A stretch of 64,000 nucleotides of DNA from Phoronis australis. Taxonomy: Eukaryota; Animalia; Phoronida. Positions 22,901 to 33,713 of this stretch are shown here, in pieces. Within the stretch, counting starts at the first letter, position 1, and each line of letters begins with the position of its first letter. Made by a program: the position numbers and the translations under genes. The stretch is from NCBI GenBank assembly GCA_002633005.1, contig NMRA01000284.1, forward strand, positions 454,978 to 518,977. Reading direction: 5' to 3'. The notes beneath the pieces are model-generated. The model ran no database searches. It saw nothing but the letters and a program-made list of their open reading frames with translations, and was not told the DNA's origin.

Positions 22901-25900
22901 GAGGAGATGCCAACGACTGTCATAGGTGCACAGTTAAAGGCTGAAAGGGTGAGTAGTCTGCATGGCCATGTCAGGTCGTTCTGTTTGAACTCTGTGAATG
23001 AATGTCTTGTGATTCGGGCTCTCATGGTGATGGTGAAAGATAATAGACTAAGTGAGATTAAGGGTTCTAGTGTCTGACTGGTTATGTTCTTTGTTATCAA
23101 GTGAATACAGGAAGACCAAGGGCTCCTGGTGTGTGACTCCACCTGACTTAGTGCACTTTTAAAACAGAAATGTTTAATCTGTTTGTGCATATGCATCTAC
23201 ACCTAATTATGATTATGTTCTCTCGTGACGTTCTCTAAATTGCATAAAAATTCACATTTTTGACACATCATGACAGTGTGGGTTTTTCATTTAGTCATGG
23301 AATTCTACACGGGGAGATTTTCTACCCATGATTAAGCATTTTTTCTGTGTTTACCTTTCCAGCCCCCGCGACCTCCCCTTCCAGGTCAAAGGTCAGTGAC
23401 CATGCGACCTCATTCGGGCACAAGACGGAGGTCATCATACGAAAAGTAAGTGTCTGTAGCTGTCCATTTAATAAGAACTGTTGACTTAAAATTCTGGAAA
23501 AGTTCTGAGCTATGCCTTTCAGTTGGTCTAATAACAAAAATTTGTAGAAATCACCAACTTATGAAGCGTTTTTCATAATTCTGTATCAAATTCTCTAATA
23601 CTTCAGTTTTGGCAAATATGTGCAAAGTAAAAGTGGACAATTGACAAGTATAGCTTTTGCCAAAACTGCACACATATAGGCAATATTCAGTACTTGCTTT
23701 GAATTGAGTTAAATGTTCTTGGCCTGTTCTCTTAGTAGTCAAAAGAATGAAAGTGGAAAAAATCTTAATTAAACCGACTTGGATAGGCTTTCTATACGTA
23801 AAATTTTTTTAATATAAGAACTAACCAGATGACTTGGTTGTCTTTCATCTGTCGGCTTTTAACCATTTGCCTGGGAATTGTCTGATTTCTCTTGCAATGC
23901 TATTTGAACTTTGAACTTTCACTTGCAGGCTAAGAATGTAAGCTGAGTGGGGTTTGTTGTTTGGTTGGATGTTTTTCTTTCATAACTGAAACTTTTTTCA
24001 CTGGGCATGTATAGGCATGTCATCTACTCTGTGTTTAAATCAATTCAATATAGGTTTCACTTTCAAGCATGCCAGAACAGATTGCCACATTGAAAGGGAA
24101 TTATAGCTCTCTAATATCGAGATGGGGGGATTTACCATTATTCATTAAGAACTAAGCCAATGGACCTTTAAAGAGTTGTTGCCTTTAAGCAATTAAAATA
24201 GTTAGAGTGTTCCTTCTTCTTTTTGAGATTCCAATCTGATGGCAAATGTGTTACATCATGCCAGTGTAGATAAATGCAGAGTCATAATTAACGTTTAACT
24301 TGCTTTGGTTTTATACCTGCTTTAGTCGCATTGGGTTCATTAGTTTTTTATTATTGTTTTTATTAAAATTATTTTTGTCCGTCACATATCACTTTTCTGC
24401 TTTTTATTGAGATTTGACACAGCTGTTCACATATTAGCCAACTAGGAGTCTGTCTTTGTTTGAATGACTTGCACCGACAAGCCGACTCGAGTCATTTATT
24501 CCGCGTTTCCGTTTTAAATAGCTTAGAAGTGCTCTGCTGTCAGAGATGTTTGACACTTTTTGATTGAAGTGACTTGAAACTGAGGCGTGCTTCATAATCA
24601 TCGTAGAAAGTCTGGGAAGTGGATACTTTCCATCAGAGGAAAACTAATGAAAAGAGCAAAAATTCTACTAAATTTTCAGAACACCACCCCTCTTCTCATT
24701 GAGTTCTATTTTACAGCTGTCATAAGCAAAAATTGCCAGATGTCTGGTTCTTAGTTGCGGGGAACTAACTTGTGGAAAACGAAAGTTACGTCCTGGTAAA
24801 ACTCATGTAAAATGAAAACGCAAGGTATGATAACTGTAAAAGAAAACGAGACGATTTGTTCACAATGAATCTAATACTGCTGCCACTTGTTTCTAAACCC
24901 ATGTTTAACAGGGCAATGACAACACCCAGGTTTGTCTCCTATTACAGTATGCTCTTTGTCTACGCTGACATTGTTTGTTACATGACTGGAAATGGTGCCA
25001 TTTTGTTGTTGATTTTGAACAGCTTTTGATAAAACTATGTTTTTAAGTGGTATGAGGTGTTTATCACATTCATGTCATAATTCTCCAAAGTGAATGCTTA
25101 GTTGTCTTTTTTATTTTATATTTACCCATCTTTACGTGTACAGTTCAACACAATGGGATGATGACCACTTTTGAATGGCGTCAGTGCAATGTTCTGCTTA
25201 CAGGCTAGTGTGGGCGAGTGACATTTATGTTTATTTTTGCATGATCAGCTTGGCAATATAGATGGGACCTGCTGGAATCTTGTGGGACCTCGTAACATTA
25301 GCCTTTGTAGACACATCTTTAGTGGCAAGTCTGCTCCATTCTGTTGCCATAGCAACCAAAACATGAGCATGCAACACCTCAACATTTTCAATTTTTTTCT
25401 GAAACAACCATTCGTTTGCAATTGTTGGACAAAAGTGTCTTCCAAAATGGCAGCATTTCCTACGACACACTTGACTGGGCACAATCTGTGCACATTTCAC
25501 CGCTGTCCAGCTCCGTAGCATTATTAAAAGAATGCATCCATGTATGGCTGACAACTGCCTCGGTCTAGTTCTTCAACACATCATTTAGCAGATCAATGCA
25601 CTTGTTTTCGCTCACCCGTACCTTATGTGGCAAAAAGGACACGTGTTGCCAGTTGCTTGAAACGGTCCAAAAGGAAACTCAACTACGTTCCGTGAATTTT
25701 CTAAGCATTCGAAGACTTTGTTTACTCATTAAGATTATGTTTTCCATCACTTCATATTTATTGTGAGCTCATCTATTTATTGTGACAGTATCTAATGATG
25801 TTTTGGAAAACTGAAGGGATTTTCAATGAAAATGAATAAGGATAAGTCATTAGTGGAGGTACATGAAAAGGTTCTTATTTATTTTCAGTGGTATTGGGAA

Positions 25901-28900
25901 TTTTATATAGTTTACTCTCTGTGGGTATCGAAGCTGCAATTTGCCATTAATAACAGTTACAATAGTGTAGCAAAAGAAAGGAATATCGGTATACGCATGA
26001 AGTCAACCAATTTGCTGAAAATTTAAGAAACATAGCTAAGTTCCTGTTGGGACTGTCTCATGTAACTAGCCACTGATGTCATGCTATTGCAAGTAGAACT
26101 ACTCAGTTTTACTGTCGGTTTTGGATGTTATCGTGGGCAGATAAAGTAATTTTGAAGCTACTCGAAAATTCAATTGGACCTTTTACAATCATGAAGTTAG
26201 TCTCATAATATTTCTTACGATGATAGGATTTTATTTCCATTGCTAACAAGAACATAGAAACAATCAGCAACTTGAGAAAATGCTTCAAGGTATACTAGGG
26301 TTAACCAACCCTAAAATATGCAGTCTTAAATGTTTTTAAACGCCAAAATGCTTTGGTTAAGAATTCAACATTAACAGCTGAACAGTGGCCAAAAGCAGCT
26401 TTAAAGTGTTCTTTTGTCATATTAAGGGTTTAAAGATTTTTTAGTCTACTTGTAAAAATCACCACTGACAAATGATTGTCTGCCCCTGTGCCACTGACTG
26501 TGAAGTTGGTGTTCATGTTTGTAACTGCAGGTGGCACTCGGTGTCACATGGCCATGGTATTGAAAAGTGTCCCATTTTATGGCAAGAAATTGTTTCTTCC
26601 CTTTGCTTTGAATGCAAAGAGTCATGATTAGTTGGCAGCTGTAGTATAATAACTGCATTCTTGAAATGAAGGATCTTATTGTAAGGAACAACACACAAGT
26701 TTTTGTTTAACCATGTTACATTATTGCACTGATACAAATAAAACTAATCTCTCAACACAGGGGAATGACAATAACGCTACAACTACTTACAGGGGAGATA
26801 AAAGCTTAACGACAGTGTGAACAAAATATCATCCACAGAAATTAGTCTTTGGAATATTACGCCCAATGCACTCAGGCGATGTGGAATACAGTCTTTACAT
26901 GTTGTTGCCATTTCAAGTCAAGTTAGTAACATCATTGTAAACGATCAACTACCTCTTGGGCCACTGTTGCCATGGCTACAAGGGGTAGAATTTAGCAGAT
27001 AACCACTGTGTGATTAAATCAAAATCCTATACTAAATAATATTTGAATGAAATAAAAATCACGCAGATGTATTGTTTTGTTGATTCGAACGTTTCGAACA
27101 GCACTTAACATCTCCACAGACCAAGAAACTTGTTTCCTATCAAATTGCGTTTCATTTGTTTATTATTAATATATGCTCTGCTGTCCACTATGGAGACACA
27201 AAACACCAGTTGAATACAGGCTGTGACAGCATGGGTTCACGCTTCGACTGCATCTAGATTTAGAGGTAACATTTGGAGGCTAACAGACAGCGGAATGGGG
27301 GCTTCCTACTGCTGGAACAAAGAAGCTTGTCCCTTAATATCCAAATTGTCCACCGCCAGTAGATATATACAGTACAAAGTAATTTCCTTGTTCGCTGAGT
27401 TCATAACTTGTCATAGAATTTTTTGTGAGGGCCTGTGAAAGCATTCCATTAGGACATCAATCGAGTTACTAACTGCATGATTTTGGTACAAGTGACCCCG
27501 CTAATGCATGTTCACTGTAGAGCACATGGCTGCCCATCCTTTTTGTTTGTTTTTGAGCTTGTATCCAACTAAGTTTGTGTGCTCGATGACATGACGATAT
27601 TTCCAGAGCTATGGATCATAATGCTGCCATTGCGAGGGTACAGCCTCGTAGGAAACGTATCAGTGCTCCAGTTCACCCTGTCCCGTCGTCATTGATTACC
27701 GGATGTTTTGGGGCTAGGTAAAAAGAACGGTGCTGCGGTATAATTTGGCTAAATAGATTATCTTTGATTTGCTGGGTTTACAATTTTTCTTGCTCTTGAA
27801 ATATATTTTTCACAATAAGCATAGTGATTTAATTTGGAAAAACTTGAATGCGTCTCCCATGCTGTGGCAGTTGCTGACAAACTAAAATGGCTGCCGTATG
27901 TAGCTTTGATAACTATTAGTTTAAAGCCTTTAGTGAAGTTGTGTGTGATTGCCATGAGCAAGCTTATAAAACCTGATGTTTACATTATGTTCAGATGTTG
28001 TGGGAGTTTTGAAAACTGATATGGATGAGTGCTTGGACCTGTTGACACCAGTTTCCTGTAGTTCTAGGAACTGTGCCTCAATTTCAGGAGTGTCATCTCC
28101 TCAGTTATGAAAAAAATTATGTCTGACTTGTTCCCCTTCGTGTGACATCAACCTTGTCGGAAATGTTTACGTCAGTGTTACCACTTAGATGGTGAAACTT
28201 TTAGTTATGTAACATTCATGTGACAGTGCGTAAAGTCTTACCAATTTAGGGCGCAATATAGCCGACTAGTGAAATTTTATAATATTATTTTTACATCCAT
28301 CATAGGCGCTATCTAGTGAATTCTTTTCCATGATTTGTACCTCAGCTACCATCAGACAAAGTTTTAAAAAAATTGTGGGCACTGACGACAAAGTTAGAAT
28401 CCCATGAAAAATGCAAAACTGGCAAATTGGGAAATTAATTTTGTCCAAAACTGGTGAGATTTTACTGTATCATGCATGATTATCAATGAATTTGATGTGT
28501 GTGTGCGTGGATACTGAAAGTACTTCGACAGTCATACATGGTCACATGGCATGACCCGGTGATTACAAGAGTTTGAAAAGATTTCTGTCCCCGATGAATC
28601 CATCAAAACCCGTCTTATTAGATTTCTGTTGTCGGCCAGTTGTCCTGTGGACTCCCCCATCTGCAAGGATTGCCGAAGGTTTCGAGTTCAAGCCTCGGGT
28701 CCGGACAGAAATCTTTTCCGATTCTTAGGTCACATGATGTGATAACTATGCGACTGTAGAGGTGTTCAAACATTGGAGTAATATGCATTGACCAATGCAT
28801 GCCTCCCCTGATGAACTTCTAATGGACCATGGTTACCTATCCTTTACCATTTTGTATGACCTTTGAAATGTCTTGACCTTTTTGTCCAGTGCTATGGGCT

Positions 28901-31900
28901 ACTGCTAGTGTAGCATGTTTGATATTTTTATTTTTTGCGAGTTGTCAAGTTTCTTGTTATGTTGCTTTTGGTTGTAGCCGTAATGGTAACCAGCCATGAT
29001 GGTAATTGAATGCTTACACCTGATATGGATTCTTTCAGCCTTGGGTCCATTGTGACAGTGGTAGCGCCTCACTTGTCAGCAATACAGTTTTCGCTTTTCG
29101 TTTTTGTTTCCATTTTTTATCAAGAAGCCTTCATGAAAATTGTCAATTCTTTTTGTAGGAAAGATTGACTTTGTCTGTTCACCTTCATGTGAAATTTGGA
29201 ACTCTCTGTGTTATTAATGAGGCAAGACGTTTAGTTTCAATTTCGGATGAACAATGCCATTTGTTGGAACATTCTAGTTTCTTTCTACGTTTAGATTTTG
29301 TCCATGCGTTTTGCGAGAAACTTAAAGGCGAAGGCAACCATTTTTCATGTCATTTTTATTAAAAATAAGGTTCTTTGATTATCCCAGACATATTTTTCAG
29401 TTAATAACAGCTTCTCGTAATTTAATTAAGTACTCGTCCCCTACTCTTGTTTCATTCAAGTACACTGTGACTAATTCTGTCTAAGGGACTCCTGCTTCTA
29501 CTGAGTGAAGACACTGCTGTAAGGCAATTAACCTCGTTTCACTAGTTTATTTTTTGTCGTTACGCGTTATTCATGTTACGGTAAAGATTCGTCAGTTTGG
29601 GACACATGGTGAACAGTTGAAATTTCATTTTGTCAAATTTCTCAACAAAAGTAACTTTTCGAGAAAACGTACTTTTAACATGGCGTGTATGCCGTAACTA
29701 TTAGCAAACAACATTTGGTGAAATTTTGAGCGTTTTGCAACAATGTGATACGCTTCACAAAAGTAGAAATACGGCAGTTTTATCATTTCTTTTTGTCACA
29801 AATTGAAGAATGTCTTCCGTATTATGTGCTGTGTTGTAACAGAACATATGAGGTTAATCACTCCAGTCATTCCTCTTTTGGCCTGAAAGTACCATTGTGT
29901 GGCGGTTTGCAGTAAAATATTAACCAATTTAGGACACAATACGTCATAAAATAATATAATTAGTACCGGTAATTTGTATTTTTATACCACCTTTCCTTTA
30001 AAACATTTTAAGAACTTGAGTTGTCGGAATGTTCAACTTTCCCTTGTTTCTGTCCACCCTCTGGTACTTACACACATATTACTTGATTAATAACGACCTT
30101 GTTGTGTTTCAGGGCACGTCGTTACAAACCCATCGAGTTTGATGACGTACACGCTGCGTCATCCGATGATGATTTCAAGCACACGAGCGTCGGTCTTTTG
30201 GACGATCCGGATATACAGAACGCTCTACGCAAATCCTGGAGTTGTCAGGACATCGGGGACGTCAACAACTCTGACGAGGATGAGGTGAGGGTACAATGGA
30301 GGTGAAGGGGTTGTTATGCTTCCTCGTCGTCACTGGCAACCAAATGTCTGTTTCATGACGAGTGACATATTTCCGAAAAAATTTAATCTTACTTCAGCCT
30401 AGTGAAAAGTTATTAAATTATTATGAAATATTGCAAAACTTTGAGGTACTAACAATTACGTAAAAAAGTATTTACAACCAGCAAGGTGGTAGGGTAAATT
30501 TTATATGGTTTCACGAAATTTAAAAATGACTAGAGACTTAAAGCAGCGCCTGGCTTAAATATTGATAAACACAATGAAGTTAGATAGTCAATGGATACTT
30601 ATGACAGGATGAAAACACGGCACCTTGAAGCCTTTATTCAACTGATTTTTGTTGTTTTATATACACTGACTGGATATATCATGGTTTTCCAACCAACATT
30701 TAGAGCGTCTATAAGCCTTCATTCTGTAACAAAAATGATACCTGATTGAGACTACTCGTCGTTTGAAAATTGGTTTCGTAGTCCAAATAGGAGTAACTCC
30801 TGTGCTTAGAGAGAACTGACTATCCAATATTGCTTGAGACCAGTTTCTACAGGATGGCTTGTCACGGCTTGTTATTTGATGAATGACAAACTGTCAGATC
30901 TTCATGAGATGAGAAATCACCTTTCATTTGGGTAATTAACAAATTGTTAGTGGTGCAAATAAGTGTTTAGATTCATGGACGGAACGTTAGTTTATTGTCA
31001 CTTAAACAATTCCCACAACAACATCAATATAAATTTATGATATAGATGAATATAAGATTGTCAAATGATACACGAAGTAACCTTTCATGCCCCATCGCCT
31101 CACCATGGAAACAGAGCAAACAACAAAGGCCAGTTAGTTCAGGTTCTTTGGCTCTTAGTACAATTCACACCAAAGTAATGAGACACACTGACCTGGAATG
31201 CTCAGTCATGATGGCTAGGCGCAAGCTTATTTCCACATCATGGTGGCAAAGTGCAAGGATAATTCGCCTACGTTTCAGCTAGAATGTCTTTTGTGCCGTA
31301 CTAGTGTACAGTACAGTATTGCATAGACCTCCATTGTGTGCTGGTGTTGTTGATGGCTGTGTAATTTTGATAAAGTTTCATGGGTGATGTCACGTAGTTT
31401 GAAAATAAGGTGCAGTATTCTTGACAGTAAATTAGACACACTTTGACACAACTCTGCCAGACTTAGTCACACTTAGACAGACATATTTTTAGTTTTATAT
31501 GTCAGTTTAGTCTAACTTTAGTTGCTGTGAAGTAGGCATTTTTGTCTAACTTTTGTCAGAGTTTAATGTGACCTAATTGTGACTATGCGCTTATTTTTGA
31601 TTTACATGTATGTAATGGACGGGCACAGTTAATTGGCAACTTGTACATAGCACGCTTAAATTGGGACTTGTAGAATGGCCTGTTATAAGTGAGCAAACTT
31701 TGATATCAGGATCGTTGTAATGTACTCTGACTGTTGTAGATTGTGTATAACACAGGAGAACAAAACTGCCATCTCATTTCAGCTCTTTGGAGGTTCAACG
31801 GAAAATGTGGGTTCGTCGTTGCTTGTTCCATCTCCAAAGCATTCAATAAGAAAAAACGTGTCAGACACAGCATTGGACGAACGACAGGTAAACACCTTTG

Positions 31901-33713
31901 GAATGTAATGTGTGTTGGTGTCTTCTTGAGAATTGAATGGCTTAGTGCTCTCTGATTATGTAGCTGTGTACTGTACTCATTGTGTGCTGTACCGTTACTA
32001 TTCATTCATTGATAGTGTTTGTGGAGAAACAATAAATTTCTCGTTTTCAGCTCTTCACATACTTTTCTACGTAATTATAATTGTAAATTTCAGTTCAGAG
32101 TTGAAAGTATCGGATATTCTGTTCGGTATAACAATGGAGAATGAATCAATTTGTTATTGTAGCACCAGACAACGGAAGTGATACCACCAATAGCGCCACC
32201 TAGGAGAAAGCGTGGGAACTGCAATGATGCTCCTCTGATCACCCTCAGCTCAATTGCTCCAGACATTTCCGGAAGCGACTCAGAACGCAGCGCCAGTGAC
32301 AATGAGGCTCAAATGTTCAATCAACAGCAGTTGTCGGAAAACTCTTCAGCGTCAGCCTGGTCTAAATTACCTGAACAGGATATTCGAGGTAACGCAGATT
32401 CTCTGGAGCGGAACAGAGTGCGACAACTTTCACAGATGTTTAACCATGACATCACGAAGCGCATTGCTGAGCAGAAAACGGGAAAGATCTCGCAGCCTTG
32501 TCATGTGACCAAATTGCCAGAAGTCACCGTTAATACGCTGAAAGATGAGACCGTGAGTGGTAGCAATGCGGATACTATAGAAAGGAATAAAGTGAAACAC
32601 CTGTCGCAGATGTTTCATCAGGACATCACCAAACATATAGTAGAGCAGCAGACTGGCAAGTTGTACGAGCCGGCGTATCGGTCGTTGGAAAACAAACCGA
32701 AAATCTCGCGGCACGAAGCGTTTCGTGACTCCAACCGACCCGTGCCGTCACGAAGACCATCTAAAGCAAAGAAGACAGAGCAGATTATACAACAGTTAAC
32801 TGGGCATGCTCAGTCGTCTGAGACTAGACCCAGCGCCGTGGACGGTGTCGCCTCTGGAGAGACGCTGTCATCCGAGACTAGATCCAGCGCTGTGGACGGC
32901 ATTGCCTCTGGAGAGGTGCACGATTCTACAAACACGGACGTACTGTTTGATCCATTTGGTCTCAATACAAGCTCTTCGAATCGCGAGACTAAAAGTGACG
33001 AAGAGTCACTGGTGCTTAGTAAAACTGTGTTAGGAATGAGTGAGCAGTCACCAGATGGAGCTCAACTATCGCCCAATACTAATTTGTTGAAAGAGTGGGA
33101 ATTGAACTTTGATTTGTCGTCGGCCAATCAGGCATCGGTGACACCCATGGGTGACCAGTCGGCAAATGCAAGTGGCAGTGATGCAAGCTTGGCTGCTTCA
33201 CAGACGCTTGCTGCAAATGCTTTAAAAATTCATGTTCGGGGTCCTTATGGGTCAGGTGGTTATGAGGCGAATCCAAAGTTCATGGAAGTGACTACTTATG
33301 CCAATCAGTCAAACTATGCGTCCACTCCACCCACCAGTGTCGCAAATGCAATGTGGACACAGAAAAGGACCTCGCCAAACTATAGTGCAATTTTTACATC
33401 GGATTTAATGTCACCCGGTGTTTTTGGCTCATTGGATAAACGTCAACCCAATCTTAACCAGAGACAGAACTGTCCTTCCCCACTAACGGTGCAGAAACCA
33501 GTCACCAGTGCACCTATGCAACCAGGGTTTTATAGCGGTAACGCTCCCAACAGTGTCCCTAATTTTGAACAGAGTAGTCGTCCAACTGCTAATAGTAGTG
33601 TCCTAAGGCCGCAACAGGCAAAGCCAACCACCTCTGATCCATTCGCAGACCTGGACCCACTGAAGAGTATGGTTCAGACAAAAAGTCAACAGAAATGGGA
33701 AACATTTCAGTGA
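7938..33713 (+). CDS. DENND1: DENN domain-containing protein 1 (connecdenn, Rab35 GEF), spliced
   Basis: Exons 7938-7954, 9925-9992, 10840-11038, 11348-11513, 12399-12514, 13246-13441, 15794-15895, 16457-16571, 16993-17126, 17864-17992, 18526-18552, 19668-19700, 20050-20112, 21043-21093 (duplicate 22898-22948), 21495-21577 (duplicate 23363-23445), 30113-30284, 31783-31887, 32163-33713, with compatible phases. Protein: MGSRLRHNPKKIFEFFAEV...SFLPWYEIFYKLLN...LPCIPENRNLTEYY...SMLYERRI...FIEERLDLLNSGEGFSDIFEEE..., DPF motifs, C-terminal WETFQ. Confidence 0.95.
8867..9263. mobile_element. Probable MITE with CCCGGGGG-type termini
   Basis: cccaggggttctcccattgaaagagtgagttgggatg at left; inverted catacccctacccgttttcaacccccccccggg at right. 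Confidence 0.5.
9925..9992 (+). CDS. DENND1: DENND1 exon (HNPKKIFEFFAEVARPDDIDSQ)
   Basis: tttacag|G...CAAG|gtttgt. Confidence 0.88.
10840..11038 (+). CDS. DENND1: DENND1 uDENN exon (EPFILQTYP...CLCII)
   Basis: ttctag|AG...ATAAG|gtaggc; lies within ORF 10779..11042. Confidence 0.93.
11348..11513 (+). CDS. DENND1: DENND1 exon (SFLPWYEIFYKLLN...KDYNS)
   Basis: gtttcag|T...AACAGT|gtaagt. Confidence 0.92.
11508..11627 (+). repeat. 23-bp minisatellite, about 5 copies, containing the splice donor
   Basis: Unit aacagtgtaagtcagggatagtg. Confidence 0.9.
12399..12514 (+). CDS. DENND1: DENND1 exon (EFSFVCPDPYKLPCIPENRNLTEYY...)
   Basis: ttccag|GAG...GCCAG|gtaatt. Confidence 0.93.
13246..13441 (+). 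CDS. DENND1: DENND1 cDENN exon (SMLYERRILV...STLLE)
   Basis: cccag|CATG...CTCGAG|gtgagt. Confidence 0.95.
14136..15513. mobile_element. Non-autonomous piggyBac-like element in a DENND1 intron
   Basis: TTAA on both flanks; TIRs ctcattcgaccctgagcgccatatgg / ccatatggcgggatcagggaggaatgag; no transposase recognised. Confidence 0.75.
15794..15895 (+). CDS. DENND1: DENND1 exon (KARKMDLGDVVILDAD...LPSDV)
   Basis: tttcag|AAA...GATGTT|gtaagt. Confidence 0.93.
16457..16571 (+). CDS. DENND1: DENND1 exon (VSSLKKKLK...GDGVARAFLRTLVNLI)
   Basis: caccag|GTG...ATAG|gtgggc. Confidence 0.92.
16993..17126 (+). CDS. DENND1: DENND1 dDENN exon (GGYRDALKFREG...LQIFHQ)
   Basis: ctatag|GT...CATCAG|gtgagt. Confidence 0.93.
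17864..17992 (+). CDS. DENND1: DENND1 exon (FIEERLDLLNSGEGFSDIFEEE...)
   Basis: ttgcag|TTC...ATGATG|gtcagt; contains the FxDxF AP-2 motif. Confidence 0.93.
18526..18552 (+). CDS. DENND1: DENND1 27-nt exon (KQGKKFTLK)
   Basis: ttgacag|AAA...TTGAAG|gtatgt; phase 0-0. Confidence 0.75.
19668..19700 (+). CDS. DENND1: DENND1 33-nt exon (ANPVIRSTFET)
   Basis: catgtag|GCA...ACA|gtgagt; resembles vertebrate ANPAMKTVYKF. Confidence 0.8.
19783..19803 (+). CDS. DENND1: Candidate DENND1 21-nt microexon (NPFSNLW)
   Basis: ttaactctgtcctttacag|AACCCCTTTTCCAACCTTTGG|gtaaga; phase 0-0. Confidence 0.55.
20050..20112 (+). CDS. DENND1: DENND1 exon (VKHKGKKAMKDLKTKIEELRR)
   Basis: ttttgcag|GTG...AGG|gtaatt. 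Confidence 0.85.
21043..21093 (+). CDS. DENND1: DENND1 exon (DEEMPTTVIGAQLKAER); second copy at 22898-22948
   Basis: tactaag|GAT...AGG|gtgagt. Confidence 0.75.
21495..21577 (+). CDS. DENND1: DENND1 exon (PPRPPLPGQRS...); second copy at 23363-23445
   Basis: tttccag|CCC...GAAAA|gtaagt; proline-rich. Confidence 0.78.
23929..23937 (+). CDS. DENND1: Candidate DENND1 9-nt microexon
   Basis: actttcacttgcag|GCTAAGAAT|gtaagc; phase 2-2. Confidence 0.55.
27607..27717 (+). CDS. DENND1: Candidate DENND1 cassette exon (AMDHNAAIARVQPRRKRISAP...)
   Basis: tttccag|A...GCTAG|gtaaaa; 111 nt, open, phase 2-2. Confidence 0.55.
30113..30284 (+). CDS. DENND1: DENND1 exon (ARRYKPIEFDD...SDEDE)
   Basis: tttcag|G...GATGAG|gtgagg; lies within ORF 30099..30305. 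Confidence 0.85.
31783..31887 (+). CDS. DENND1: DENND1 exon (LFGGSTENVG...DERQ)
   Basis: catttcag|CTC...CGACAG|gtaaac; 105 nt, phase 0-0. Confidence 0.7.
32163..33713 (+). CDS. DENND1: DENND1 terminal exon (disordered tail, DPF motifs, WETFQ end)
   Basis: attgtag|CACCAG; contains ORF 32178..33713; C-terminal WxxF AP-2 ear motif typical of connecdenn. Confidence 0.92.
   Translation, partial: HQTTEVIPPIAPPRRKRGNCNDAPLITLSSIAPDISGSDSERSASDNEAQMFNQQQLSENSSASAWSKLPEQDIRGNADSLERNRVRQLSQMFNHDITKRIAEQKTGKISQPCHVTKLPEVTVNTLKDETVSGSNADTIERNKVKHLSQMFHQDITKHIVEQQTGKLYEPAYRSLENKPKISRHEAFRDSNRPVPSRRPSKAKKTEQIIQQLTGHAQSSETRPSAVDGVASGETLSSETRSSAVDGIASGEVHDSTNTDVLFDPFGLNTSSSNRETKSDEESLVLSKTVLGMSEQSPDGAQLSPNTNLLKEWELNFDLSSANQASVTPMGDQSANASGSDASLAASQTLAANALKIHVRGPYGSGGYEANPKFMEVTTYANQSNYASTPPTSVANAMWTQKRTSPNYSAIFTSDLMSPGVFGSLDKRQPNLNQRQNCPSPLTVQKPVTSAPMQPGFYSGNAPNSVPNFEQSSRPTANSSVLRPQQAKPTTSDPFADLDPLKSMVQTKSQQKWETFQ

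Larger units (their letters stand above)
20211..23936 (+). repeat. ~1.86-kb near-identical tandem duplication joined at an N; probably two haplotypes (assembly artefact)
   Basis: 20211-22066 recurs at 22068-23936 with scattered SNPs and small indels; N at 22067. Confidence 0.85.
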
